Below, piece after piece: positions 53,175 to 62,868 of a stretch of 64,000 bases of DNA. The stretch comes from an uncultured delta proteobacterium. Lineage in GTDB: Bacteria > Desulfobacterota > Syntrophia > Syntrophales > UBA2185. The first letter of the stretch is position 1. Each line of letters opens with the position of its first letter. The notes beneath the pieces were generated by a model that was given only the letters and a program-made list of their open reading frames with translations, did not search any database and was not told the origin of the DNA. Location: contig CAVOID010000003.1 of assembly GCA_963695875.1 (NCBI GenBank), positions 398,892 through 462,891 of the forward strand, given 5' to 3'. A program made the translations under genes and the position numbers.

Positions 53175-54500
53175 TCAACCTCTCACTTGTCGCATGTGGC
53201 TTATTCTCTTTTCTATGAGCGGTTGTGTACCAATATCAGGCCTGTGGTCAACTGGACCCTTGATTGCAGATACCGCTTTTTCCGCTATCTGTTCCGCTTC
53301 TCCGAGGCTTTCCGCGATGCCTACCACACCGATAGCCCGGGATGTGCTCATATACAATCCATCTTTTCTCTTGTCGACAGAGGCAAAGTAAAGGCGTGCC
53401 TTGCCCACATTTCCAACCTCGATTTTTGCCGAAGTCGATTGGGCATCGGGATGATCCTTGGGAAGACCATAGCCTTTTGGGACGGCGTATTTACACACGG
53501 TTGCCTTTTTTTCAAATTCGATGTTCATTCTGTCCAGTGTGCCATCGATAATGGCCCTGCATACATCAACGAAATCGGTTTTCAAAAGGGGCAGTGTGTT
53601 CATTGCCTCAGGGTCTCCGAAGCGGGCGTTATATTCCAGCAGCTTGAGGCCGGATTTCGTGATAATAAATCCGCCATACATGATACCTTTGTAATATTCA
53701 CCAGTCTCCTTATAAATTGCCTCTGCTACCTGTTGGGTGATAGCAAGGCCTTCTGTTACATCTTTCTGAGTCATGAATGGTAAGGTATGATCTTCACATG
53801 AATACGAACCCATCCCTCCCGTATTGGGGCCCTTGTCGCCGACGAATCGTCTCTTGTGGTCCTGAACTGGTGGTGTTGCGACCACAGTTTTGCCGTCGCT
53901 CAGGCACTGAAGAGAGAATTCCTCGCCTTCAAGTCTTTCGTCAATAATCACACTCGGATGCTCGGCTAAAACCTGTTTACAGTAGATAAGAGCCTCTTCC
54001 TTGGTGTGAAAGTGGTCTCCCTGTACCATGACTCCTTTGCCGCCTGTCAGGCCGTCCGGTTTTACAACTATGCCGTTTAGTTCCTCGAGGAATTGTTTGA
54101 TTCCTTCCATGGATGTAAAAATTTTAAATTTTGGGTTTCCCGGTATGTTATATTTTCTGAGTAAATTTCTCGTGAAAGATTTTGAGGTCTCAAGACGGGC
54201 CAGGCTTTTTGTGGGACCGACAGCAGGAATACCGGCTTTCTTCAGGGAATCAACTACTCCGTTATTCAAGGGGTCTTCCGGTCCGATGACAGCGAAATCT
54301 ATGCGGCATTCTTTTGCAAAGATATTGACCTGAGCAAGGTCGCTGAAGCTTCCAATAAAGACTTTTTCTGAGAGTGATGCAATACCCGGATTGTTAGCTT
54401 TCATAAAAGAAAAGAGCCTGGGACGGTGCTTTGATTGTACTACTGCCTCAGCGATGGCATGTTCACGGGCACCGTTTCCGATTAAAAGGACGTTAATCAT
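53175..54500 (-). CDS. purD: Phosphoribosylamine-glycine ligase, archaeal-type C-terminus
   Basis: G.GAREHA, GPE.PL, GGKGV, QDHKR, GPNTGGMG, EYNARFGDPE. Confidence 0.93.
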   Translation of the reverse strand: MINVLLIGNGAREHAIAEAVVQSKHRPRLFSFMKANNPGIASLSEKVFIGSFSDLAQVNIFAKECRIDFAVIGPEDPLNNGVVDSLKKAGIPAVGPTKSLARLETSKSFTRNLLRKYNIPGNPKFKIFTSMEGIKQFLEELNGIVVKPDGLTGGKGVMVQGDHFHTKEEALIYCKQVLAEHPSVIIDERLEGEEFSLQCLSDGKTVVATPPVQDHKRRFVGDKGPNTGGMGSYSCEDHTLPFMTQKDVTEGLAITQQVAEAIYKETGEYYKGIMYGGFIITKSGLKLLEYNARFGDPEAMNTLPLLKTDFVDVCRAIIDGTLDRMNIEFEKKATVCKYAVPKGYGLPKDHPDAQSTSAKIEVGNVGKARLYFASVDKRKDGLYMSTSRAIGVVGIAESLGEAEQIAEKAVSAIKGPVDHRPDIGTQPLIEKRISHMRQVRG

Positions 54501-54700
54501 GGCATTTCTCCTCATAGAAATTTTTCGGCAGTGCTTATGGCCTGCTCATATACCGCGTAACACTAATTTTGAAACTTCTGCCCTTTGGGCTCTTAAATAT
54601 CGGAAAAAATCATCCGAGTCAAACAAATCTGAATACATATTATTAATAGTTTGTCTTTCCAACATAAAATTTGATAAAGTATGACATATGCAATCTTCAT

Positions 54701-54812
54701 GATTCTAGGGGTCGAGGATTCAAGGACTTGAGTGAATGCAGTGGATGTTCAAGGCGCTTGCAAAATCACTGGAAATAAGCATTTGAACCCCGGAACCCTT
54801 GACTCTTCGAAC
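54701..54812. repeat. 8-mer periodic inverted-repeat element, copy 2
   Basis: gattctag/gggtcgag/gattcaag/gacttgag ... tttgaacc/ccggaacc/cttgactc/ttcgaac. Confidence 0.65.
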
Positions 54813-54851
54813 TTTTTTTCAACTTAATGGGAGAAGGGCTTTGGATTAAAA

Positions 54852-56120
54852 TTGGATTACCTGATTACATTCAAAATTGTATTACTTGTTTTTCTCCTTA
54901 TCCTTTCGGGATTTTTTGCCTGTTCGGAGGCCGCCCTTTTTTCGCTCACCCCTCTTCACCTTCATAAAATGAAGGAGGATAGATCTCCTTTCCTATCACA
55001 TGTAAACAGGCTTTTAGAACATCCGAGGAGACTCCTCATTACTATCCTGGTAAGTAATGAATCAGTTAACATTACCATATCCGTCATAATGGCTTCCCTT
55101 TGTATCTATTCATTCGGTGTAGACGGCAAGTGGCTGGCAGTTGTCATCACTACTCCTATGTTGCTTATTTTCGGGGAAGCTATTCCAAAAACCTTTGCCG
55201 TCATTCGTCCCATATCATTTTCTTCATTCGTCTCACCTTTATTGACCATCATCTCCAAGATTGAACGTCCTGTTGTATGGACTTTAGAAAAAATATCCGG
55301 ATTGTTTGTGTATATGTTCTCGGGCAGAACTTCAACAGAGAAGGGAGCTATTACGGAAGATGAATTTAAGACCCTCATAGATGTCTACCAAAAGGAAGGG
55401 GGACTGGAAGAAGCACAGCGGGATCTCATTCACAGAGTGTTCGGCCTGGCCGATAAGCCGGTTTCAGAAGTTATGATTCCCCGTGTCGAGATGTTCTGTC
55501 TTCCCCTATCTCTTAGTATGGCAGAGATGGAAAAAGAGATCATCAAGGCACGTCATACCAGGATACCTGTTTACGGGAATGATCGGGATGACATCCTGGG
55601 GATATTGTTTGCCCGGGATCTCATAAGTGGAATGTCCGGGGACAGTAGGGGTATCAATGTATACAATCTACTGAGAAAGCCGTACTTCATCCCTGAGGAG
55701 AAGAGCGCGGGAGGCTTGCTTCAAGATTTTCAGACGAGAAAAATTAAAATTGCCATTGTTGTGGATGAATATGGCGGTGTTTCAGGTATGGTTACCCTTG
55801 AGGACATACTTGAGAACCTGCTTGAGGATATCTATGATGATTATGGAATAAGGCAAACCCTTTGGCAGAGGATTGATGATAGAGTGTTGATGGTGTCCGG
55901 GAAGATGCCTACAGAAGACTTGAACAATCTTATAGATATTTCGATTCCTGAAGATGACTTTGATACAGTTGGTGGCTTTGTCTTCCATCTTTTCGGTAAA
56001 CTGCCGACAAAGGGAGAGGAAATTAGCTTTGGTGATTATATCTTCAGGGTAGAGAAGATGGGTAAGGCAAGGATATTAAATATACGGATTGAGAAGCGAG
56101 AGGAACAAGTTAATGGATAA
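54852..56120 (+). CDS. Hemolysin family / CNNM-CBS-CorC protein
   Basis: SGFFACSEAALFSL, GEAIPK, VDEYGG..G.VTLEDILE. Confidence 0.9.
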   Translation: MDYLITFKIVLLVFLLILSGFFACSEAALFSLTPLHLHKMKEDRSPFLSHVNRLLEHPRRLLITILVSNESVNITISVIMASLCIYSFGVDGKWLAVVITTPMLLIFGEAIPKTFAVIRPISFSSFVSPLLTIISKIERPVVWTLEKISGLFVYMFSGRTSTEKGAITEDEFKTLIDVYQKEGGLEEAQRDLIHRVFGLADKPVSEVMIPRVEMFCLPLSLSMAEMEKEIIKARHTRIPVYGNDRDDILGILFARDLISGMSGDSRGINVYNLLRKPYFIPEEKSAGGLLQDFQTRKIKIAIVVDEYGGVSGMVTLEDILENLLEDIYDDYGIRQTLWQRIDDRVLMVSGKMPTEDLNNLIDISIPEDDFDTVGGFVFHLFGKLPTKGEEISFGDYIFRVEKMGKARILNIRIEKREEQVNG

Positions 56121-57426
56121 CTTATTTTCTGTCCTGTTGATACTCTCGTTTATATGTCTTGAAGGTCTGTTTTCCGGTGGAGAACTTGCCCTCGTTTCAT
56201 CAGACGTTAATAAGATCAGACAGAAGGCAAGCAGCGGTTCCCGTTCCGCCGCAATGACTCTCAAGCTTTTGGCAAAACCGGAATGGTTCCTCGCTACAAC
56301 GTTAAGTGGGACCAGTTTATGTGTCGTTACAAGTACTACGATTGCGACTGCCTTGTTTATATCCATATTCGATGCAGCCAAAGGCACGGTGGTCACTGTA
56401 ATCGTCATGATCCCGACACTTCTAATCATCGGGGAGATTCTTCCTAAGACTTTGTTTCAGCAGCATGCAGAGTTTGTAGCTTTAAAACTTTCATGGTTTA
56501 TCTGGATTTCATCGGGGTTGCTGTTTCCAGTCGTCTTTGTCATCTCCATGATCTCCCGGGGAACAGTCCGCATATCAACAGGGGAAAAAGATATAGTCTC
56601 TTCACCCTATATCACCAAGGATGGTTTGAAATTTGTTCTCAGATACAGGGGAGCAGACAGTGATATATTGGGCATGGAAAAAGAAATGATCAGGAATGTT
56701 ATTGATTTCTTCGATGTGACTGTCGGTAAAATCATGATACCTCTATCGACAATGATTTCCCTACCGGTTACAGCTACACTTAAGGAGGCCGCGCAACTTA
56801 CAGCTGAGAAAAAATATCTGCGTATCCCTGTCTATAGCGAACAGATATTCAATATAATTGGTATTCTTCATTACCTTGATCTACTTGATGCATTGCATGG
56901 GCGCGCGTCAGGTATTCCTCCACGTTCCGAAGATGAGGCTATTGAGTTATATCTGAAACCAGTGGTCTTTTATGTTCCGGAGACAAAACTTGCCAAGGAA
57001 CTACTGGTAGAAATGTTGATCAGGGGGGAGCGGATGGCAGTCGTTGTTGATGAATACGGAGGTACTGTCGGTATAGTTACGATAGAAGATATTCTTGAGG
57101 AGGTTGTAGGTGAAATTGAAGATGAATATGATAGCGGAGAAAAGATGTATAAAAAAATCGGGGCGGGTAAATATCTTTTCAATGCAAAGATGAGTATAGA
57201 AAGGATTAAGCAAGTAATCCCTCTGGAGATTCCTGAAGGAAACTATGAAACTCTAGGGGGATTCTTACTTTATAAAATGGGGAGGATACCCAAAAGAAGG
57301 GATATCTTAAGATACGAGAACACCCTTTTTGTGATAGAGGATGCCGACGCCAAATCCATCAAAGAGGTCTTAATCGAGTTACCGGTTGATGTTAATCCGG
57401 ATGTCGAAAATCAAACCAACCCATAA
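56113..57426 (+). CDS. Hemolysin family / CNNM-CBS-CorC protein, second paralog
   Basis: [42 protein letters not shown]. Confidence 0.9.
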   Translation: MDNLFSVLLILSFICLEGLFSGGELALVSSDVNKIRQKASSGSRSAAMTLKLLAKPEWFLATTLSGTSLCVVTSTTIATALFISIFDAAKGTVVTVIVMIPTLLIIGEILPKTLFQQHAEFVALKLSWFIWISSGLLFPVVFVISMISRGTVRISTGEKDIVSSPYITKDGLKFVLRYRGADSDILGMEKEMIRNVIDFFDVTVGKIMIPLSTMISLPVTATLKEAAQLTAEKKYLRIPVYSEQIFNIIGILHYLDLLDALHGRASGIPPRSEDEAIELYLKPVVFYVPETKLAKELLVEMLIRGERMAVVVDEYGGTVGIVTIEDILEEVVGEIEDEYDSGEKMYKKIGAGKYLFNAKMSIERIKQVIPLEIPEGNYETLGGFLLYKMGRIPKRRDILRYENTLFVIEDADAKSIKEVLIELPVDVNPDVENQTNP

Positions 57427-57456
57427 TCCCAAGAAATAAAGAGATCGGGTGAGTGA

Positions 57457-58212
57457 ATGAAACAGTATGAAGAACGGAATGTTGGTGCCATTATTTTGGC
57501 TGCAGGCAAAGGGAAGAGAATGAAATCGGGTCTGGCGAAGGTGCTGCACCCCCTTTGCGGGAAGCCTATACTGACATATTCCGTTGATGTAGCCAGAGCA
57601 GTCGCTGTGGGAAAAATTGTGGTTGTCATAGGGCATCAAGCAGATGTTATCAGGGATAAGTTCAGTAATCAGGGATTGATTTTCATAGAGCAGCGTGAAC
57701 AACTGGGAACCGGACATGCTGTTCTTCAGGCGAAGAATACATTCAGTAATTTTAATGGTACTATTTTAATTTTATGCGGTGATGTCCCTCTGCTGCTGCC
57801 TTCAACAGTCATATCTCTCATTGATAACCATATTTCGGGAAATGCGACTCTTACAGTTCTGACAACCCTTCTGGATGATCCTTCCGGTTATGGACGAGTG
57901 ATTAAAAGAGGAGTTGAAGGAGAAGTGTTGCGGATTATAGAAGAAAAAGACGCGTCACCTGATGAGAAGAAAATCAAAGAGATCAACACGGGTATATACT
58001 GCGTTGACAGCAAGTTCCTTTTCCGAGCGGTTGCGGAAATAGGGAATGAAAATGTCCAGAGAGAATATTACCTGACGGATATAGTCGGCATTGCCTGGAT
58101 GAAGGGCTTCAAGACCAGGTCATTTGTCACTGCCAATTCTGTGGAAGTAATGGGTGTTAATACGCTAGAAGATCTCGAAAGGGCATCAAAGCACATATTG
58201 ATATGCAAATAA
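57457..58212 (+). CDS. GlmU-like uridyltransferase domain only
   Basis: ILAAGKGKRMKS, QLGTGHAV, GDVPLL, GYGR, EIN.G.Y, EYYLTD; no hexapeptide acetyltransferase domain. Confidence 0.85.
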   Translation: MKQYEERNVGAIILAAGKGKRMKSGLAKVLHPLCGKPILTYSVDVARAVAVGKIVVVIGHQADVIRDKFSNQGLIFIEQREQLGTGHAVLQAKNTFSNFNGTILILCGDVPLLLPSTVISLIDNHISGNATLTVLTTLLDDPSGYGRVIKRGVEGEVLRIIEEKDASPDEKKIKEINTGIYCVDSKFLFRAVAEIGNENVQREYYLTDIVGIAWMKGFKTRSFVTANSVEVMGVNTLEDLERASKHILICK

Positions 58213-59192
58213 AAATAGGGAATTTGACCTTAAAAAATAGCGTTTTTTTAGCACCTATGGCAGGCATTACAAATCTGCCTTTCCGGTCTTTGGTGAGAGA
58301 ATTCGGGTGTTCCTTGGCATTTACCGAGATGATAAGTGCCAATGGTATTACCAGAAAGACTATGAAAAGTTTTCGATATCTTGCTTCTGCACAGAAGGAC
58401 AAACCTTTAGGCGTCCAGATATTCGGATCCGATCCAGTTGTCCTTTTCGAAGCGGCACAAATTGTAACAGATCAGGGTGCCGATCTGCTGGACATAAACA
58501 TGGGCTGTCCTGTCAGAAAGGTCGTTAAGACAGGCGCGGGAGCTGCCCTAATGAAAGATCCTGGAAGGGTGCGCCTCATCCTTCAATCCATCCGGAAGGC
58601 AACACCATTACCGTTGACCACAAAAATTCGCTCTGGCTGGCATCATAGTGAAATGAATGCCCTTGAAATTGCCGGCATTGCTGAAGATTGTGGAGTAAAT
58701 GCAGTCATACTCCATCCCCGTTCAGCGGATCAGGGATTCAGTGGGTCGGCGGATTGGAGTGTTATTGAAGCTCTTAAAAAGAAACTGCGTATTCCTGTTA
58801 TAGGAAGTGGTGATATAAGAAGTCCCGAGGACGCCTGCACAATGATAACCACAACCGGTTGCGACGGTGTGATGGTGGGGAGGGGTGCACTTGGGAATCC
58901 CTGGATTTTTAGAGACATCGTATCACTTATTGACGAACGGAAGCGCTCTTCGCTACCGCTTCTGGGAGAGCGGGAGATGGTTATAGGCCATCACATGGAT
59001 ATGGAAATCGATTACTTTGGGGAACGGCTCGGCATCAGAAATTTCCGGAAACACCTCCTCTGGTATACTAAGGGATTGAGAGGTGGCAGTCTGTTCAGAA
59101 ATACTGTGGGTAGCATACATGACAAGGCTGTGATGGTGGATGCAATTCACCGGTTTTTTAATTCTGTCATGGAAGATGATGAAGTGCCTTAA
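58203..59192 (+). CDS. dusB: tRNA-dihydrouridine synthase B
   Basis: LAPMAG.T, DINMGCP, KIR.GW, DGVMVGRG.LGNPW.F, RKH..WY. Confidence 0.93.
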   Translation: MQIKIGNLTLKNSVFLAPMAGITNLPFRSLVREFGCSLAFTEMISANGITRKTMKSFRYLASAQKDKPLGVQIFGSDPVVLFEAAQIVTDQGADLLDINMGCPVRKVVKTGAGAALMKDPGRVRLILQSIRKATPLPLTTKIRSGWHHSEMNALEIAGIAEDCGVNAVILHPRSADQGFSGSADWSVIEALKKKLRIPVIGSGDIRSPEDACTMITTTGCDGVMVGRGALGNPWIFRDIVSLIDERKRSSLPLLGEREMVIGHHMDMEIDYFGERLGIRNFRKHLLWYTKGLRGGSLFRNTVGSIHDKAVMVDAIHRFFNSVMEDDEVP

Positions 59193-59209
59193 AGCAATAA
59201 AATAAGCAC

Positions 59210-59238
59210 TTGACATTTATGGGCCGAATTGGCATAAT
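59210..59238 (+). promoter_or_regulatory. sigma70 promoter upstream of zapB-zapA-ssrS
   Basis: TTGACA-17 nt-CATAAT with extended TG. Confidence 0.7.
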
Positions 59239-59364
59239 TCGACCAAATTCCTTGTATAAAATTTACTTAAGAGTTCTTTTTGCAAAATTTGATTGCTCTT
59301 ACAATAAATAAAGTGTTTTGACGGGGAATTTAATGCGAGATGTGATCAAAAAAACGTAGAGGAG

Positions 59365-59604
59365 ATGTGGTGGGTTGTGGAGCTCGTTAAATTTGAGGAA
59401 TTGGAAAACAAAATTAAGAATCTTATCAGTGAACATGAATTGTTGAAAAAAAAGAATCATGAATTAGAGGTGCTTCTAAAAAGCAAAGGAGTGGAGTTAG
59501 AAGAGGCAAGTAATAAAATAAGGGGATTAGACGAGGAAAGGAATACGATACGCACTAAGGTGGACTCACTAATTGATTTGCTTCAGGATATCAATGTACA
59601 ATAA
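59365..59604 (+). CDS. zapB: Cell division protein ZapB-like coiled coil
   Basis: Short coiled coil (LENKIKNLI...LKKKN...ERN.IR.KVDSL) directly before zapA. Confidence 0.7.
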   Translation: MWWVVELVKFEELENKIKNLISEHELLKKKNHELEVLLKSKGVELEEASNKIRGLDEERNTIRTKVDSLIDLLQDINVQ

Positions 59605-59614
59605 TTAGAAGGTC

Positions 59615-59887
59615 GTGCATTTGGAAAAGTGTTTTAATATCAATATACTGGGGCAGGAGTTGTCAGTTTTAACCGATTCAGGGGACGAGCACGTAGAAAA
59701 TGTTGTCAGTTATGTCAATAACAAGATAGAAGAAGCAGGAAAAAAAGCCAGTAATATTAATAACTTAAATATTGCGATACTGGCCGCTTTAAACATTGCA
59801 GACGAGTATATTAAAGTTAAGGGAGCTTATAATCAGTTAGAGAGTAGATCTGAGAAGTTGATAAATCTTATTGATGAGATAAGGTAA
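59615..59887 (+). CDS. zapA: Cell division protein ZapA
   Basis: I.ILGQE, V.YVN.KI, AILAALNIADEY. Confidence 0.9.
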   Translation: MHLEKCFNINILGQELSVLTDSGDEHVENVVSYVNNKIEEAGKKASNINNLNIAILAALNIADEYIKVKGAYNQLESRSEKLINLIDEIR

Positions 59888-59901
59888 AATAGAAAGATAT
59901 T

Positions 59902-60092
59902 ATCCCCTGCGATGTGCGTGATTAACATTCGTTTTTTGAGCCAACACCTTGGAACCGGGGGCCTTTCCTTGTTAGCGGTGTGCATGTCTGCCAGCATCCC
60001 GTAAAAACGGGGGTGGAAAGCCTGAAGCAACAATAGGGTGCCCACCTTATCGGAAGGTTCAAAAAGGTGGTTAACACGGCATAGGCGGGGGT
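59902..60092 (+). ncRNA. ssrS: 6S RNA
   Basis: Ends pair (tcccctgcgatgtgcgtgattaac / gttaacacggcataggcggggg); ~190 nt in the canonical zapA-ssrS-rny position. Confidence 0.88.
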
Positions 60093-60203
60093 TTTTTTGA
60101 TGTATGTGGAGCTTACGCTCAGAATAATTCCTGTAACCGTGTAATCATTCAAATCCTTTCGTAGAATCCCCATTTATTCAATGACACGTGGATTTTTTGA
60201 TAC

Positions 60204-60300
60204 TCCCCACCCATAGGACGGGGCTTGCGGGATGTACTCCTGTCGAGGCAAAGCCGTGGCAAAAGACCATAATCGAACTGACCCTGAGTTAGTCGAATGG
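60204..60300. repeat. Partial copy 3 of the two-hairpin element plus a REP-like unit
   Basis: tccccacccataggacggggcttgcgggatgt (60204-60235) matches the reverse complement of 37177-37208; accctgagttagtcgaatgg (60281-60300) matches 30052-30070 inverted. Confidence 0.65.
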
Positions 60301-60393
60301 ACTTAGGTTTAGTTTTGTAACGTGCATGATGTCTTATTCATTACAAGCCTTAGTGCTCTATTTTATTATTATAGGTAAGGAGGTGAAAAGGCT

Positions 60394-61959
60394 TTGATAT
60401 ATGAAAGTTTGATTATTTTTGTTGTATTTGGAGCTATGGCCATAGGTGCCTTGCTGGGATATGCTTTGAAACAGAAACTTTCTAAGAAGAAACTGGAATC
60501 ATCAGAAAACCTTGCAGCAAGAATTGTCGATGAGGCAAAGAAAGAAGCAGAAAGCATTAAAAAGGAGGCTGTACTTCAGGCTAAGGAAAATCTCCTTAAA
60601 GCGAAAACCGAATTCGAAAAAGATACGAAAGAAAGGAAAATTGAACTCGATAATCTGGAAAGGAGGTTACGTTCCAAAGAAGAGAATATTGATCGAAGGA
60701 TAGACCTTTTGTCACAGAAAGAAGCGAATAATGAAAATAGAGAAAAAAACCTGACAAACAAGGAATTGCAGATAAACGAAAAACACGACAGGTTAAACCG
60801 TTTGCTTGCGGAGCAGAAGGAAAAGCTGGAGAAGATTGCAGGCATATCCTCAGAGGAAGCAAAAAATTGTCTCGTCCAGTCTATGGAAGCTGCAGCAAAA
60901 CAAGAAGCAGCTATGATTATAAGAAAAATAGAGGAAGAAGCCAAACGGACCGCTGATAAAAATGCCAGGGAAATCATTACGTATGCTGTTCAAAGGTACG
61001 CCAGTGAATTTGTTACCGAGAACACTGTATCAGTAGTCAATCTTCCCAATGATGAAATGAAGGGGAGAATCATAGGGAGAGAAGGCAGAAATATTAGAGC
61101 TATAGAAGCTGCTACAGGTATAGACTTGATTGTTGATGACACGCCAGAAGCAGTTGTCCTTTCGAGTTTTGATCCCATCAGGCGTGAAGTGGCAAGAATG
61201 TCTCTGGAAAGGTTGATTACAGATGGTAGAATCCACCCCGGAAGAATTGAGGATATTGTTAAGAAGGTAAAAACAGAAGTTGATACGATTATTCGTGAAA
61301 CGGGTGAACGGACATCCTTTGATGTCGGGGTTCATGATATTCATCCTGAAATCGTTTATCTCCTTGGAAGTCTCAAGTATAGGACAAGCTTCTCTCAAAA
61401 TGTTCTTCAGCATTCTGTTGAAGTTGCTCATCTGACTGGCATAATGGCCGCTGAACTGAAAATGAACATTAAAGAGGCCAAAAGGGCAGGGCTGCTTCAC
61501 GATATTGGAAAGGCGGTGGATCATAAGATAGAGGGGACTCACGCAGCAATCGGTGCCGATTATGCAAAGCGATTTGGTGAATCTTCCAAAATTGTTCAGG
61601 CCATTGCCACCCACCATGATGATGGTCGAACCAATACGCTCTTAGGGGTGCTTATCCAAGCGGCTGATAGCCTATCGGCAGCAAGGCCTGGTGCTCGAAG
61701 AGAAATGCTTGAAACATATGTCAAGCGATTGGAGGAACTTGAAAATATCGCCAATTCTTTTAGTGGCGTTGATAAATGTTATGCCATACAGGCAGGAAGA
61801 GAAATCCGAATACTTGTAGAAAATGAAAAGATCTCGGATGATGATGCAGCCATGCTCTGCCGGGATATTATTAAAAAGATTGAAACTGATTTAACGTATC
61901 CCGGTCAGATAAAGGTGACTGTAATCAGGGAAACACGGGTCTCGGATTATGCGAGATAG
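60394..61959 (+). CDS. rny: Ribonuclease Y
   Basis: N-terminal TM, coiled coil, [14 protein letters not shown] (KH), LLHDIGK (HD), [12 protein letters not shown]. Confidence 0.97.
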   Translation: MIYESLIIFVVFGAMAIGALLGYALKQKLSKKKLESSENLAARIVDEAKKEAESIKKEAVLQAKENLLKAKTEFEKDTKERKIELDNLERRLRSKEENIDRRIDLLSQKEANNENREKNLTNKELQINEKHDRLNRLLAEQKEKLEKIAGISSEEAKNCLVQSMEAAAKQEAAMIIRKIEEEAKRTADKNAREIITYAVQRYASEFVTENTVSVVNLPNDEMKGRIIGREGRNIRAIEAATGIDLIVDDTPEAVVLSSFDPIRREVARMSLERLITDGRIHPGRIEDIVKKVKTEVDTIIRETGERTSFDVGVHDIHPEIVYLLGSLKYRTSFSQNVLQHSVEVAHLTGIMAAELKMNIKEAKRAGLLHDIGKAVDHKIEGTHAAIGADYAKRFGESSKIVQAIATHHDDGRTNTLLGVLIQAADSLSAARPGARREMLETYVKRLEELENIANSFSGVDKCYAIQAGREIRILVENEKISDDDAAMLCRDIIKKIETDLTYPGQIKVTVIRETRVSDYAR

Positions 61960-61971
61960 GAAACTCAAGAT

Positions 61972-62757
61972 ATGAAGATATTATTTGTGGGCGATATCGT
62001 CGGTAAACCGGGAAGACGGGCGATTCGCGAACTTTTGCCTGAAATCATTTCAGAGCGTCAGATTGATTTTGTAATTGCGAACTGTGAGAATGCGGCTGCA
62101 GGATTTGGTGTGACAAGAGATATTGTTGAAGAGCTTTACAGCAGCCAAATCAATGTTCTGACTTCAGGGAATCATATTTGGGATAAGAAGGAGATTAGAG
62201 AATTTGCCGAAGACTATGAAACACTTCTTCGGCCGGCTAATTATCCCAATGGTTCACCTGGCTGGGGAAGCGTAGTTATGCCTAATTTGTCAGGGATACA
62301 CATTGGCGTGATAAATTTAATGGGGAGGGTCTTTATGAAGCCCCTTGAATGCCCATTCAGAACAGCTGAAAGAGAAATTGAAAAGATTAAGAACAGAGCA
62401 AAGATTATTATTATAGATTTCCATGCTGAAGCAACATCAGAGAAAGAGGCTATAGGATGGTTTCTTGATGGCCGGGTTAGCGCTGTCCTGGGCACTCATA
62501 CACATGTGCAGACTGCCGATGAGACCATCTTGCCAGGTGGAACTGCTTATATAACGGACGTAGGGATGACAGGACCTTTTAACTCGATTATCGGAATTAG
62601 AAAAGATGATATTCTCGAGAGGTTTTTGACCCAGGTGCCGAACAGGTTTGACGTGGCCAAAGATGATGTTCGACTTCAGGGTGTCATCGTCGATATTGAT
62701 GGAAAAAGTGGTAGAGCCAGGGGGATTGAGAGGTTAACCATAAATTTAAGAAACTGA
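61972..62757 (+). CDS. YmdB-like metallophosphoesterase (TIGR00282)
   Basis: GDIVG.PGR, N.ENAA.G.G, GNH.WD, DFHAEATSEK, GTHTHV, DVGMTG. Confidence 0.93.
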   Translation: MKILFVGDIVGKPGRRAIRELLPEIISERQIDFVIANCENAAAGFGVTRDIVEELYSSQINVLTSGNHIWDKKEIREFAEDYETLLRPANYPNGSPGWGSVVMPNLSGIHIGVINLMGRVFMKPLECPFRTAEREIEKIKNRAKIIIIDFHAEATSEKEAIGWFLDGRVSAVLGTHTHVQTADETILPGGTAYITDVGMTGPFNSIIGIRKDDILERFLTQVPNRFDVAKDDVRLQGVIVDIDGKSGRARGIERLTINLRN

Positions 62758-62868
62758 AAAGTATTGGAACCAATAAGCGGCTGGTGGGTTACGTTATAGT
62801 AGAATGCGACACGCTCAAATTAAATAGCAGGTCAAGTCATACAAACCCTTCTCATGAACCTGTGGAGA

